Below are positions 39,184 to 46,418 of a stretch of DNA of 53,115 nucleotides, one piece after another. The stretch's first letter is position 1. Each line of letters begins with the position of its first letter. The stretch is taken from contig CAIOSQ010000436.1 in the NCBI GenBank assembly GCA_903860935.1, positions 1 through 53,115 of the forward strand, written 5' to 3'. The notes below the pieces were generated by a model. It worked only from the letters and a program-made list of their open reading frames with translations, did no database searches and was not told where the DNA came from. Made by a program: the position numbers and the translations under genes. The stretch comes from an uncultured Rhodospirillales bacterium (GTDB lineage: Bacteria; Pseudomonadota; Alphaproteobacteria; CACIAM-22H2).

Positions 39184-40716
39184 TCACAGCTTCTTCCAGC
39201 CCTTCGGATCGACGCTCATCGGTCCGTCAGGGAAGTCGACCTCCATGCGCGCCGCACCGAACGGCACATCGGCGGCGACGATCGCGATGTCGCCGCTGTC
39301 CGGGTCGCGGACGCGATCGCCACGGCGGAACTGGACGATGCGGGCCGGTGCCTGCGGCTTCGTCGGCTTGGCCGCGGCCTTCGCAGAACTGGACACAGGC
39401 GTCGCGGCCGCGGGCGGTGTCGCGCGCGCACGCCGCTTCTCGTCGCGCGCGCCTGCGGCGGGCGCCGGGGTCTGCGGCTGCGCCGGCGAAGACGCCGGAC
39501 CGGGCCCATCGCGACGCGGCTTCCCGCGGCGGCCAGCCTCGCGACCGCCCTCGCGACCGCCCTCGGCAACGGAAGACCGATGTGCGGGCGCGGCCGATCG
39601 TGGCGGCGGCGCCGGCCTGGGCGGACGCGGCGTCGGTTCGAGGAGGCGTCGCTGGATCGTGGCACAGGCCTCCGCGGCATCCGCCGTCTCGAACAGCGCG
39701 ATCCATCCGAACGGCACCGCCAGATCGCCGCGCAGCGTCACCGCGCGCGTATCGCCGACGACCATCGTCTCGCGCCGCGCATGGTTCCAGCCCTGGCGGA
39801 GCCCCTCGATCGAGGCCGCCTCGAAATGCGCATAGCGGCCAAGGCGCAGCAGGATGGCGCGCCGTCCATCCTCGGTGGCCGGCTGCGCGGGCCACGGCGC
39901 GTCGGCGTGAAAGCGCGCGCGCTCCTGCTCCCAGCGCTGGCGGTGGAATGCGTCGCAGGCCGCCAGGAGCGCATCGAGGTCGAGCCCACCGCCATCCGGA
40001 CCGGCGGCGGCGGCGTTGGTCATCTCGAACCTCGTCCCCGCGCGAACCACCTCGGCATCCACCAGCATGTCCCGGGTGCGCCCGTCGCGTCGGCGGTTGA
40101 AGACCCGCTCGATCCGCGTACACACCCCATCGGGCATGCAATCCCCGACGCGCAGGAAACGGAACGGATCGCGCCGGCCCATGACCGCGTCCGGGGCATC
40201 GGCGAGACCCAGAAGCGCGGCCTGGACCTCGTCGGAGAGCCGCCCGGAACGTCCGCCGCGCCCGTCCTCGCGCGCCGCGATCCGCCGCAGATCGCCGAGC
40301 ATTGGCTGGGCGCGCGCGCTCAGCAGCGCGGTGCGCAGCGCCCCCTTGACCGTGCTGCCGGGCAGGCAGGGCCGTCCACCGCTGCGCGCGAACAGGACCA
40401 CGCGGCCGGGCCGGGCGGGGCTGGACAGCGCCTCGACGATCCCGGCGTGCGACGCAGCGCCGACCAGGATGCGCTCGAGCGCATGCTCCGGACGCATCGC
40501 GGCGTGCAGCACGTCCTGGGCGAGGCGAAGATCGCCACGCTCGACCGCCAGCGCGAAGCCGCGCCGCGCGGCGTCGTCGAGCGCCGCCATCACCGCCGCC
40601 GGCTCGAAGCGCACCAAGTCGTCGCCGTCGAGGACGAAGCATTCCGGCAGCCACGCCTCGGGATCCTCGACATGGACCGGGGTGAGGGCCACGGCATGGA
40701 ACAGCCGCGCGGTCAT
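39184..40716 (-). CDS. csm5: Type III RAMP protein Csm5-like, with a 151-aa C-terminal extension (low-complexity linker plus small domain)
   Basis: Internal ATG at 40716, overlapping the csm4 stop (ATGA): MTARLFHAVALTPVHV... RAMP motifs: LPGSTVKGALRTALL, DPFRFLRVGD and FGWIALFE. The tail starts at EPTPRPPRP. The first 216 aa of track ORF 39184..41364 are a shadow of csm4. Confidence 0.8.
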   Translation of the reverse strand: MTARLFHAVALTPVHVEDPEAWLPECFVLDGDDLVRFEPAAVMAALDDAARRGFALAVERGDLRLAQDVLHAAMRPEHALERILVGAASHAGIVEALSSPARPGRVVLFARSGGRPCLPGSTVKGALRTALLSARAQPMLGDLRRIAAREDGRGGRSGRLSDEVQAALLGLADAPDAVMGRRDPFRFLRVGDCMPDGVCTRIERVFNRRRDGRTRDMLVDAEVVRAGTRFEMTNAAAAGPDGGGLDLDALLAACDAFHRQRWEQERARFHADAPWPAQPATEDGRRAILLRLGRYAHFEAASIEGLRQGWNHARRETMVVGDTRAVTLRGDLAVPFGWIALFETADAAEACATIQRRLLEPTPRPPRPAPPPRSAAPAHRSSVAEGGREGGREAGRRGKPRRDGPGPASSPAQPQTPAPAAGARDEKRRARATPPAAATPVSSSAKAAAKPTKPQAPARIVQFRRGDRVRDPDSGDIAIVAADVPFGAARMEVDFPDGPMSVDPKGWKKL

Positions 40717-41648
40717 GGGTGGACGATCTCGCCGTAGCGGATCGCGACGTGCCGCGCATCGTGGCGCACCGCCTCGGCACCGGGATGAACACCCGCGAGA
40801 AGCGTGCCGAAGGGTCCGGCGCCCGTCGCGGCAAAGGTCGCACCGGGCTCCGCGAGCAGGATCGCGTGCTTCCAGGGCCGCGTGCCGTCGCCCGATGCGG
40901 CGGCACCCAGGCGGCCGGAATGGGTGACCAACCGATAGCGTGCGTCGCGCATCGCCGCGTCGATCGTCCCGTGCGACAGGCTCAGCCAGCGCGCGCCATC
41001 GGGGCCATCGAGTTCGGGCGCGGGGACGATCGAGTCGACCACGAACCGTCCGCGGCCCCAGCTGGCGCTGCGCCCGTAGCCCGTCTCGCCGACCGCGCCC
41101 AGAAGCGCCGCGAGCCGCGCGGGCGTCTCGACGCTCCGCACATAGACATCGCGCCACGGCGCGATCTTGAAACTCCAATCCTCCTCGACGACGAAACCAG
41201 CGGCGTCGCGCACGCGCCCGGTCGACGCATCGACCGGCCCATGCGCGACCCGCACCGCATCGACGGTATCGGCACCATGCCAGGGCGAATCGACGAGTTT
41301 GTCGGCGAGAAAGACAGGATCCAGGCGCAGGCGCAGCGCGGCAAGGTCGGCCGCGCGGATCCATGGGCGGCGCGCCCGCGCCTTCGCCGCGTCGGCATCC
41401 GCCTGGCCCTGTGGGATACGCGGCGGCGGCGGTGCCAGCAACGGGCGCGGCAGCAGGCCTTCGGGAAAGCCGTCGGAAAAGATCGTCGGCGCCGTGTCCT
41501 GCGCCGCAAGCCAGCCCTGCAGGGACGCCGCGCCCTCGGCCTCGCGCAGCGCCCAGCAGACATGGCCGAACAGCGTGCCGGAGACGAGGCGCGTCCCCAG
41601 CGGCGCCGTCAGCCGCAGCCGGATGCGCGCGAGCGGCGGCAGGATCAC
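40713..41648 (-). CDS. csm4: Type III RAMP protein Csm4-like (Cas5 group)
   Basis: GTG at 41648 overlaps the csm3 stop (GTGA). Contains ARIRLRLTAP...SGTLFGHVCWAL, FSDGFPEGLLPRP, and the G-rich loop GETGYGRSASWGRGRF. Confidence 0.75.
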   Translation of the reverse strand: MILPPLARIRLRLTAPLGTRLVSGTLFGHVCWALREAEGAASLQGWLAAQDTAPTIFSDGFPEGLLPRPLLAPPPPRIPQGQADADAAKARARRPWIRAADLAALRLRLDPVFLADKLVDSPWHGADTVDAVRVAHGPVDASTGRVRDAAGFVVEEDWSFKIAPWRDVYVRSVETPARLAALLGAVGETGYGRSASWGRGRFVVDSIVPAPELDGPDGARWLSLSHGTIDAAMRDARYRLVTHSGRLGAAASGDGTRPWKHAILLAEPGATFAATGAGPFGTLLAGVHPGAEAVRHDARHVAIRYGEIVHP

Positions 41649-42403
41649 GCCACCCCCAGCGTCACGATCGTCGGCGCCTCGGCGCGATCGAAGCGCGCGA
41701 CGCGGAAGCCATCGCCCAGCGGGACCGCCGTCCCGCGGAGATCGCGGAAGACCAGATCCTCGAACCGGATCCGCCCATAGCCGCGCGATCCCGAGCCGCC
41801 CAGCGCGTCCTGTTCGAGCAGCGACAATCCGGCCAGCAGCCAGTTGAGGCATTGCGCATCACGCGCGCCGCCGTCGCCGGTGTCGTAGACGCGGAACACG
41901 AACTCGGCGTCGAAGAGCGCACCGGCCGAGACACGCTCGGTATGCCGCGGCGCCGACCGGTCATGCGCCTTGCCGGCGATGCGGTCGATCGCGATCTCGC
42001 CCTTCTCTTCGGTCAGCGGCCAGCCGCGCGCAAAGGCGCGCGCGCGCCAGGCGGGGTCGAGCGTCGCGTCGCGCACGATCAGCCGCGTCGGCCCGCCGCT
42101 CCAGACGCCATCGCCGGTCGGCGCCCCGAAGATGCGCAGAACCGGATCGGCGGGATCAAGACCCTCGCCGGCCGCGCCCTTTCCGACCCGCTCGAACGCC
42201 CAGTCGAGCAGGAAGCGCAGGCGCCCCTTGAGGCTGGACCCCGGAATATAGGGATCCTCGCCGACCGGCTGGCGGACGACCGGCGTGTCGCTGCCGCCGG
42301 CACCGATGCCCGTTCCGGCCGGACCGGCTCCGATATGGAGCCCGGAGAGCAGGCGGATCCTGCCGGTGACGAACACGCGCCCGAGCAGCCTGATGTCGTT
42401 CAT
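41645..42403 (-). CDS. csm3: Type III backbone RAMP Csm3 (Cas7 group)
   Basis: MNDIRLLGRVFVTGRIRLLSGLHIGAG...GGSDTPVVRQ...YIPGSSLKGRLRFLL...TEEKGEIAIDR...LGGSGSRGYGRIRFE. ATG 42403 is preceded by GAAGGGG. An alternative GTG at 42418 overlaps the csm2 stop. Confidence 0.88.
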   Translation of the reverse strand: MNDIRLLGRVFVTGRIRLLSGLHIGAGPAGTGIGAGGSDTPVVRQPVGEDPYIPGSSLKGRLRFLLDWAFERVGKGAAGEGLDPADPVLRIFGAPTGDGVWSGGPTRLIVRDATLDPAWRARAFARGWPLTEEKGEIAIDRIAGKAHDRSAPRHTERVSAGALFDAEFVFRVYDTGDGGARDAQCLNWLLAGLSLLEQDALGGSGSRGYGRIRFEDLVFRDLRGTAVPLGDGFRVARFDRAEAPTIVTLGVA

Positions 42404-42414
42404 CCCTGACCCCT

Positions 42415-43038
42415 TCACGCCTTGCGTTCGTAGAACCGGTGATAGGCGACCACGGCCTCGAAGATCCGTCGGAACGCCCCGAGGTCATGGGCGTCCTGGA
42501 CCGCCGCCGCGTGATCGACGAAGAACTGCAGCAATTCATGCGGGAAATTCTCGGCCTTCCCGCGGCGGCGGAACGCATGTGCGGCCCTCGCCTTCATGAG
42601 CACCATATGCGCCTGGATCGCCGCCGGATCGGGATCCCCATCCGGCGGCACGCGCCGCTCGATCAGGCCGACCTCGTCGTAGAAGCGCCGCATGAGCGAG
42701 GCGGGCACCGCGGCACAGGCACGCGCCAGCGCGTCGGCGCGATCCTCGAGCAAGTCGCGGCGGATCGCGGCACGCGCCTCGTCGGTGAAGTAGCGGGGCG
42801 GATTGGCCCGCGGCAGCGCCGGCAGATCGGGACGCGGCGGACCTCCGCCCTCGCGGCGTGCGCCATCGCGCGGCGCCGTGTCGCGCGGAGGTCCGCCACG
42901 GGGAGCGCCGTCTCGGGGCGCGCCGTCTCGGGGAGCACCGTCGCGGGGGCCACCGCCGGCCGGACGCGGACCGCGGCCGGGCGGCTTGCCCGGCGGGCGC
43001 TGCCTGCCGCCGGATCCATTCTGTGGGTTCGATGCCAT
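42415..43038 (-). CDS. csm2: Type III small subunit Csm2-like (Cas11), with a ~85-aa Gly/Pro/Arg-rich N-terminal extension
   Basis: The C-terminal helical part (SLMRRFYDEVGLIERR...VLMKARAAHAFRRRGK...ELLQFFVDHAAAV...FRRIFEAVVAYHRFY) matches the Csm2 pattern. ATG 43038 has AGGAGG 6 nt upstream. Confidence 0.75.
   Translation of the reverse strand: MASNPQNGSGGRQRPPGKPPGRGPRPAGGGPRDGAPRDGAPRDGAPRGGPPRDTAPRDGARREGGGPPRPDLPALPRANPPRYFTDEARAAIRRDLLEDRADALARACAAVPASLMRRFYDEVGLIERRVPPDGDPDPAAIQAHMVLMKARAAHAFRRRGKAENFPHELLQFFVDHAAAVQDAHDLGAFRRIFEAVVAYHRFYERKA
42859..42948 (-). repeat. Six tandem 15-nt units encoding PRDGA-type pentapeptides inside csm2
   Basis: The reverse complement reads ccc cgc gac ggt gct / ccc cga gac ggc gcg / ccc cga gac ggc gct / ccc cgt ggc gga cct / ccg cgc gac acg gcg / ccg cgc gat ggc gca. 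This translates to PRDGA PRDGA PRDGA PRGGP PRDTA PRDGA. Confidence 0.85.
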
Positions 43039-43044
43039 GGCCAG

Positions 43045-43050
43045 CCTCCT
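43045..43050 (-). promoter_or_regulatory. Shine-Dalgarno AGGAGG for csm2, in the 14-nt gap after the cas10 stop
   Basis: Plus strand cctcct at 43045-43050. ATG at 43038-43036. cas10 TGA at 43055-43053. Confidence 0.6.
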
Positions 43051-43052
43051 GT

Positions 43053-45428
43053 TCAACGCGTCCGCAGCAGCGCGATGGCGAGCGCGACCTCGGCGCCGTC
43101 CGGCGCCGCAAGTCTGGTGGCGACGAGCCCGCCCCCAACCAATCCATCGAAGAAGACGAGTGCCTCCGCATCGTCACGCGCGACATGGCGGCTCAGGCAG
43201 CGCGCCCAGCGCACGCGCCAATCCGCCGCCTCGAGCGCCATCGCGCTGGTCGCGCCGTCGCCCTCGGCGCGGCGGCGCAGGCGTGCGATGCCGAGGCACG
43301 CCTCAAGAAATCGCGCGGACACGCGACGCGCGCGGCGCATCTCGTCGATCCGACCCGCGTGGTCGAGCGCCGCGCGCAACGCCGGCCAGGACAGCGGCGC
43401 ACAGCCCGCGACCGCGATCCGGTCGCGCCCGGCCGCCTTCGCCGCCTCCACCCGCGACCCCACGCGGCGAAGCGCCGCCGGCAAGGCGTCCGGCCGTTCG
43501 CACAGTTCGACCGCCGCCGACAACGTCAGGGCGGGATTGCCGCCGACATGGGAACGGAACGCTTCCTCCAGCCGCTCGGCGACGCAGATGGTCGCATAGG
43601 CGGGTCCAGCGATCAGCAGATCGTCCCCGCCGGCATGGATCAGCGCGCACTCCGGGAATTCGCGCTCCAGTAGGTCCGGCACGGCCACGACGAAGAAGGC
43701 ATCGACCAGTCGCGACAGCGCGGCGATCCGGCCGAGGCTGCGGTCCTTGCCGAGCCAACGCCCGAAGATCTGGCCCAGCCGGTCCATGTCCGCGCGCAGA
43801 ACCGCGAGCGGACCGCGCGTCGGGATGGCGCCACGCCGCGGCAGCAGGCGCGGCACCACCGGCATGCCCGCCATTTCCGGGGTATCGATCCTCCAGCCGC
43901 CACGCACGCGCTCCCACGCCTCGCCATCGCCGCCATGCAGCGGCGCGGTCATCGCCGCAAGGCTGAGCCCGCCGGGCAGACCGATCTCGCGCACCGCGCG
44001 CCCGGACGGCATGGACCCTTCGGTCCAGAGCGCGGCCCGGATCGTGGGCAGGATCGCGCCCAGCGCCACCTCGTCGTCGCACGCGGCGCAGCGGAACCGG
44101 CCATCCGCCGCGGCGCGAACCGCCGGACGAAAACCGCAGGCGGGGCAAGGCGTGGCCGTCGCCGCCTCGTCGGCGAGCACGCCGGTCGGAATGGTCGCAA
44201 GGCGCCGCAGCGCCGCGCCCTCGGCAGCGCGCTGCATGGCGCCCCAGCCGCGCTCGTACCCGCCCTGCATGAGGTCGGCGGCGGACATCGCCGGCGCCGC
44301 GGCAAGGTCGATCGACACGTCACCGCGATGGCGGGCGCAGGCCCAGAGATCGAGATCACGGCGCACGCCGTCGAGCCGCGCCTCCAGATCCGGCAGATCC
44401 GGCGCGAGCAGCACGAAGCGTCCGCCGGCGAGGACCAGCTCGCAATAGGCGGGCAGGTCGAGCGCGCGGCAGACCAGGAAGGACGCCGCCCCCAGCGCGG
44501 CCTCCATCAGGAGGGACCGGGCCTGGAGCCGGCGCACGGCATCCGGCGCCGACAGCGCCTCCGGCCCGACGCGCTCCAGCGTCCGCGCGCATCCGGAGAG
44601 GTCGCCGACGACGAAACGGAACTTGCGCGAGGCACGGTCGCGGATGCGCGCCTCGTCGCCGAGCTCGCCGCGCGCCGCGTGGAAGCCGTGGAGACAGGCC
44701 GCGACCGCCGCGACGCTGCGCGCATGCTCGTGGAGGGAGACCTCGGGCTGGTCGTGCGGCGAGGACGGGATCGCCCAGGTCAGCCGCTCCGAAAGCGCCA
44801 GAAGCGCGCGATGGAACATCGCGGCGTCGCTCGCGCCGGCGCAGAGATCCGTGAAGCCTGCGACGTAATCCGGCCATAGCCGCTTGCAGGCGATCGCCTG
44901 CGCCGCCTCGCCCGCCGGGCCGGGCGCCAGCGCATCGGCGCGCGCCGCGGTGGCGACATGGAAGCGCGGATCCTGCGGTGGCCCGCCGAAGGTCAGCGCC
45001 GGAAACAGCGACCGCAGCGCGAGACCACGGAAGCTCGACGCCCCGCCGGGATCGCGGTCCTCGGCCTCTTCGTCGCGCGGCTTGCGCTCGAGCCCCGCGG
45101 CGATGCGGTTGGCCTCCGCGACAAGCCAGTCGCATGCGTCACGCGGATTATGGTGGCCGGCGGCGGCCGCGCGTACCGCGGCGAGGCGCATGCCGGCGGG
45201 AAGCACCGTGCCCGCCTCCTCCAGCGCGGCAAAGAATGCGTCGGTCCACAACACGTGCCAATGCGAGGAGCGACCGAAGAAGCCGGGAAGCACCTCCGGC
45301 GCGCGCGCCATGACGGCGGCACCGAGATCGGTGTTGCTGCGATGCGCGCGCTGCATGAACTTCCCGACATCGTGCAGGAAGGCGCCGAGCGCCGCCTCGT
45401 CGCGCGAGGGCGGTCCGTCGAAACTCAT
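43053..45428 (-). CDS. cas10: Cas10/Csm1 large subunit with HD nuclease motif and GGDD cyclase motif
   Basis: Internal ATG at 45428: MSFDGPPSRDEAALGAFLHDVGKF (HD at 45374-45369). Also AGHHNP, SLHEHARSVAAVAACL, FVVGDLSGCARTL, LQARSLLME, GGRFVLLAP, and the Zn-ribbon CPACG...CAACD. The palm-2 region has LAVLRADMDRLGQIF, SRLVDAFF and IHAGGDDLLIAG (GGDD at 43631-43620), followed by LTLSAAVE...EAAKAAGRDRIAV. Confidence 0.9.
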   Translation of the reverse strand: MSFDGPPSRDEAALGAFLHDVGKFMQRAHRSNTDLGAAVMARAPEVLPGFFGRSSHWHVLWTDAFFAALEEAGTVLPAGMRLAAVRAAAAGHHNPRDACDWLVAEANRIAAGLERKPRDEEAEDRDPGGASSFRGLALRSLFPALTFGGPPQDPRFHVATAARADALAPGPAGEAAQAIACKRLWPDYVAGFTDLCAGASDAAMFHRALLALSERLTWAIPSSPHDQPEVSLHEHARSVAAVAACLHGFHAARGELGDEARIRDRASRKFRFVVGDLSGCARTLERVGPEALSAPDAVRRLQARSLLMEAALGAASFLVCRALDLPAYCELVLAGGRFVLLAPDLPDLEARLDGVRRDLDLWACARHRGDVSIDLAAAPAMSAADLMQGGYERGWGAMQRAAEGAALRRLATIPTGVLADEAATATPCPACGFRPAVRAAADGRFRCAACDDEVALGAILPTIRAALWTEGSMPSGRAVREIGLPGGLSLAAMTAPLHGGDGEAWERVRGGWRIDTPEMAGMPVVPRLLPRRGAIPTRGPLAVLRADMDRLGQIFGRWLGKDRSLGRIAALSRLVDAFFVVAVPDLLEREFPECALIHAGGDDLLIAGPAYATICVAERLEEAFRSHVGGNPALTLSAAVELCERPDALPAALRRVGSRVEAAKAAGRDRIAVAGCAPLSWPALRAALDHAGRIDEMRRARRVSARFLEACLGIARLRRRAEGDGATSAMALEAADWRVRWARCLSRHVARDDAEALVFFDGLVGGGLVATRLAAPDGAEVALAIALLRTR

Positions 45429-45543
45429 CGTCGCATGTCGCTCGCGCGCTCGCCGTCCGTCTTCATGGGCGCACCGCTTAGCGCCTCCGCGCCCGCGACG
45501 CAAACCCGCCGGCGCCGGTACTCACGCGGTGCGGCACACCGCG

Positions 45544-46332
45544 TCAGGCCCACGCGCCCTTCGCCATCAGCCCGCCATCGACGTTGACGTAGCTGCCGGT
45601 CATGAACGACGCCTTGTCGCTCGCCAGGAACAGCACGACATGCGCGACCTCCTCGGGCTGTCCGATACGGTCGAGCGGATGGCACGCGGCCCAGGCGTCG
45701 CGCAGCCCGTCTATCGTCTGTCCCGACGCGGCGGCGGCCTCCGCGACCAGGGGCGTCTCGATGGTGCCGGGGTTGACCGCCAGCACGCGGATCCCGTCCT
45801 TGGCGTATTCCAGCGCCAGCTGCCGGGTCAGCGAGAGGTCGCCGCCCTTGCTCGCGGCATAGGGCGCGACGCCCAGCGCCGATTGCAGCCCCTGGACGCT
45901 GGCGATGTTGACGATCACGCCACCGCCGCGCGCCGTCATCTGGGGGACGCAGTATTTCGTCATCAGGAAGCGGCTCTTGAGATTGACGGCGATGATCCGG
46001 TCCCAGACGTCTTCGGACAATTCATGGGCCGGCTTGTAGCTGTCGGCCGGCTGGATGCCGACATTGTTGCACAGGATGTCGACGCCACCGAACGCGGCGA
46101 CCGCGCGCGCGACCAGGTCCTGGCACTCCGTGGCCCGGCTGACATCCGCCGCGACGAAAAGCAGCCGGCCCTCCGCACCCTGCGCGATCCGCATCGTCTC
46201 CGCCCCCGCCGCGACGTCGATATCGGCGCAGACCGTGTTCGCCCCGGCATGCGCGAAGCCCAGCGTGATGGCGCGCCCGATCCCCTTCGCGCCGCCGGTG
46301 ACGATGACGGTCTTGCCGGTGAACTCGCCCAT
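45544..46332 (-). CDS. Classical short-chain dehydrogenase/reductase (FabG / glucose-1-dehydrogenase-like), located between cas6 and cas10
   Basis: ATG at 46332 (MGEFTGKTVIVTGGAKGIGRAI). Contains NNVG, SVQG...YAASKGG (S-YxxxK) and PGTIETP. Confidence 0.88.
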   Translation of the reverse strand: MGEFTGKTVIVTGGAKGIGRAITLGFAHAGANTVCADIDVAAGAETMRIAQGAEGRLLFVAADVSRATECQDLVARAVAAFGGVDILCNNVGIQPADSYKPAHELSEDVWDRIIAVNLKSRFLMTKYCVPQMTARGGGVIVNIASVQGLQSALGVAPYAASKGGDLSLTRQLALEYAKDGIRVLAVNPGTIETPLVAEAAAASGQTIDGLRDAWAACHPLDRIGQPEEVAHVVLFLASDKASFMTGSYVNVDGGLMAKGAWA

Positions 46333-46418
46333 GCTCCGATCTCCCAATCTAGATGTCGCCATGCTCCCGGGCGGCGGCCGTGGACGTCAACCGTCGCGAA
46401 GATGCGCGCGCCGCCGCG

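Noticed and set aside
39184-41852. Track ORFs 39184..41364 (726 aa) and 40713..41852 (379 aa) taken at full length
   Set aside because: Their N-terminal portions overlap the upstream csm genes by hundreds of nt and are Arg-rich. The internal starts ATG 40716 and GTG 41648 give the ATGA/GTGA stop-start overlaps typical of coupled cas operons.
42859-42948. A tandem repeat that could be mistaken for a CRISPR-like array next to cas genes
   Set aside because: The units are only 15 nt long, contiguous without spacers, in frame, and encode PRDGA pentapeptides inside csm2. This is a coding microsatellite, not a repeat-spacer array.
43024-43036. gggttcgatgcc, which resembles a tRNA T-loop
   Set aside because: It lies inside the csm2 coding region, and no surrounding cloverleaf can be formed.
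45525-45543. A possible intrinsic terminator after the SDR gene: a 7-bp stem with a 5-nt loop
   Set aside because: No U-tract follows on the transcribed strand and the stem is short. It is mentioned under the SDR finding but is not reported as a terminator feature.
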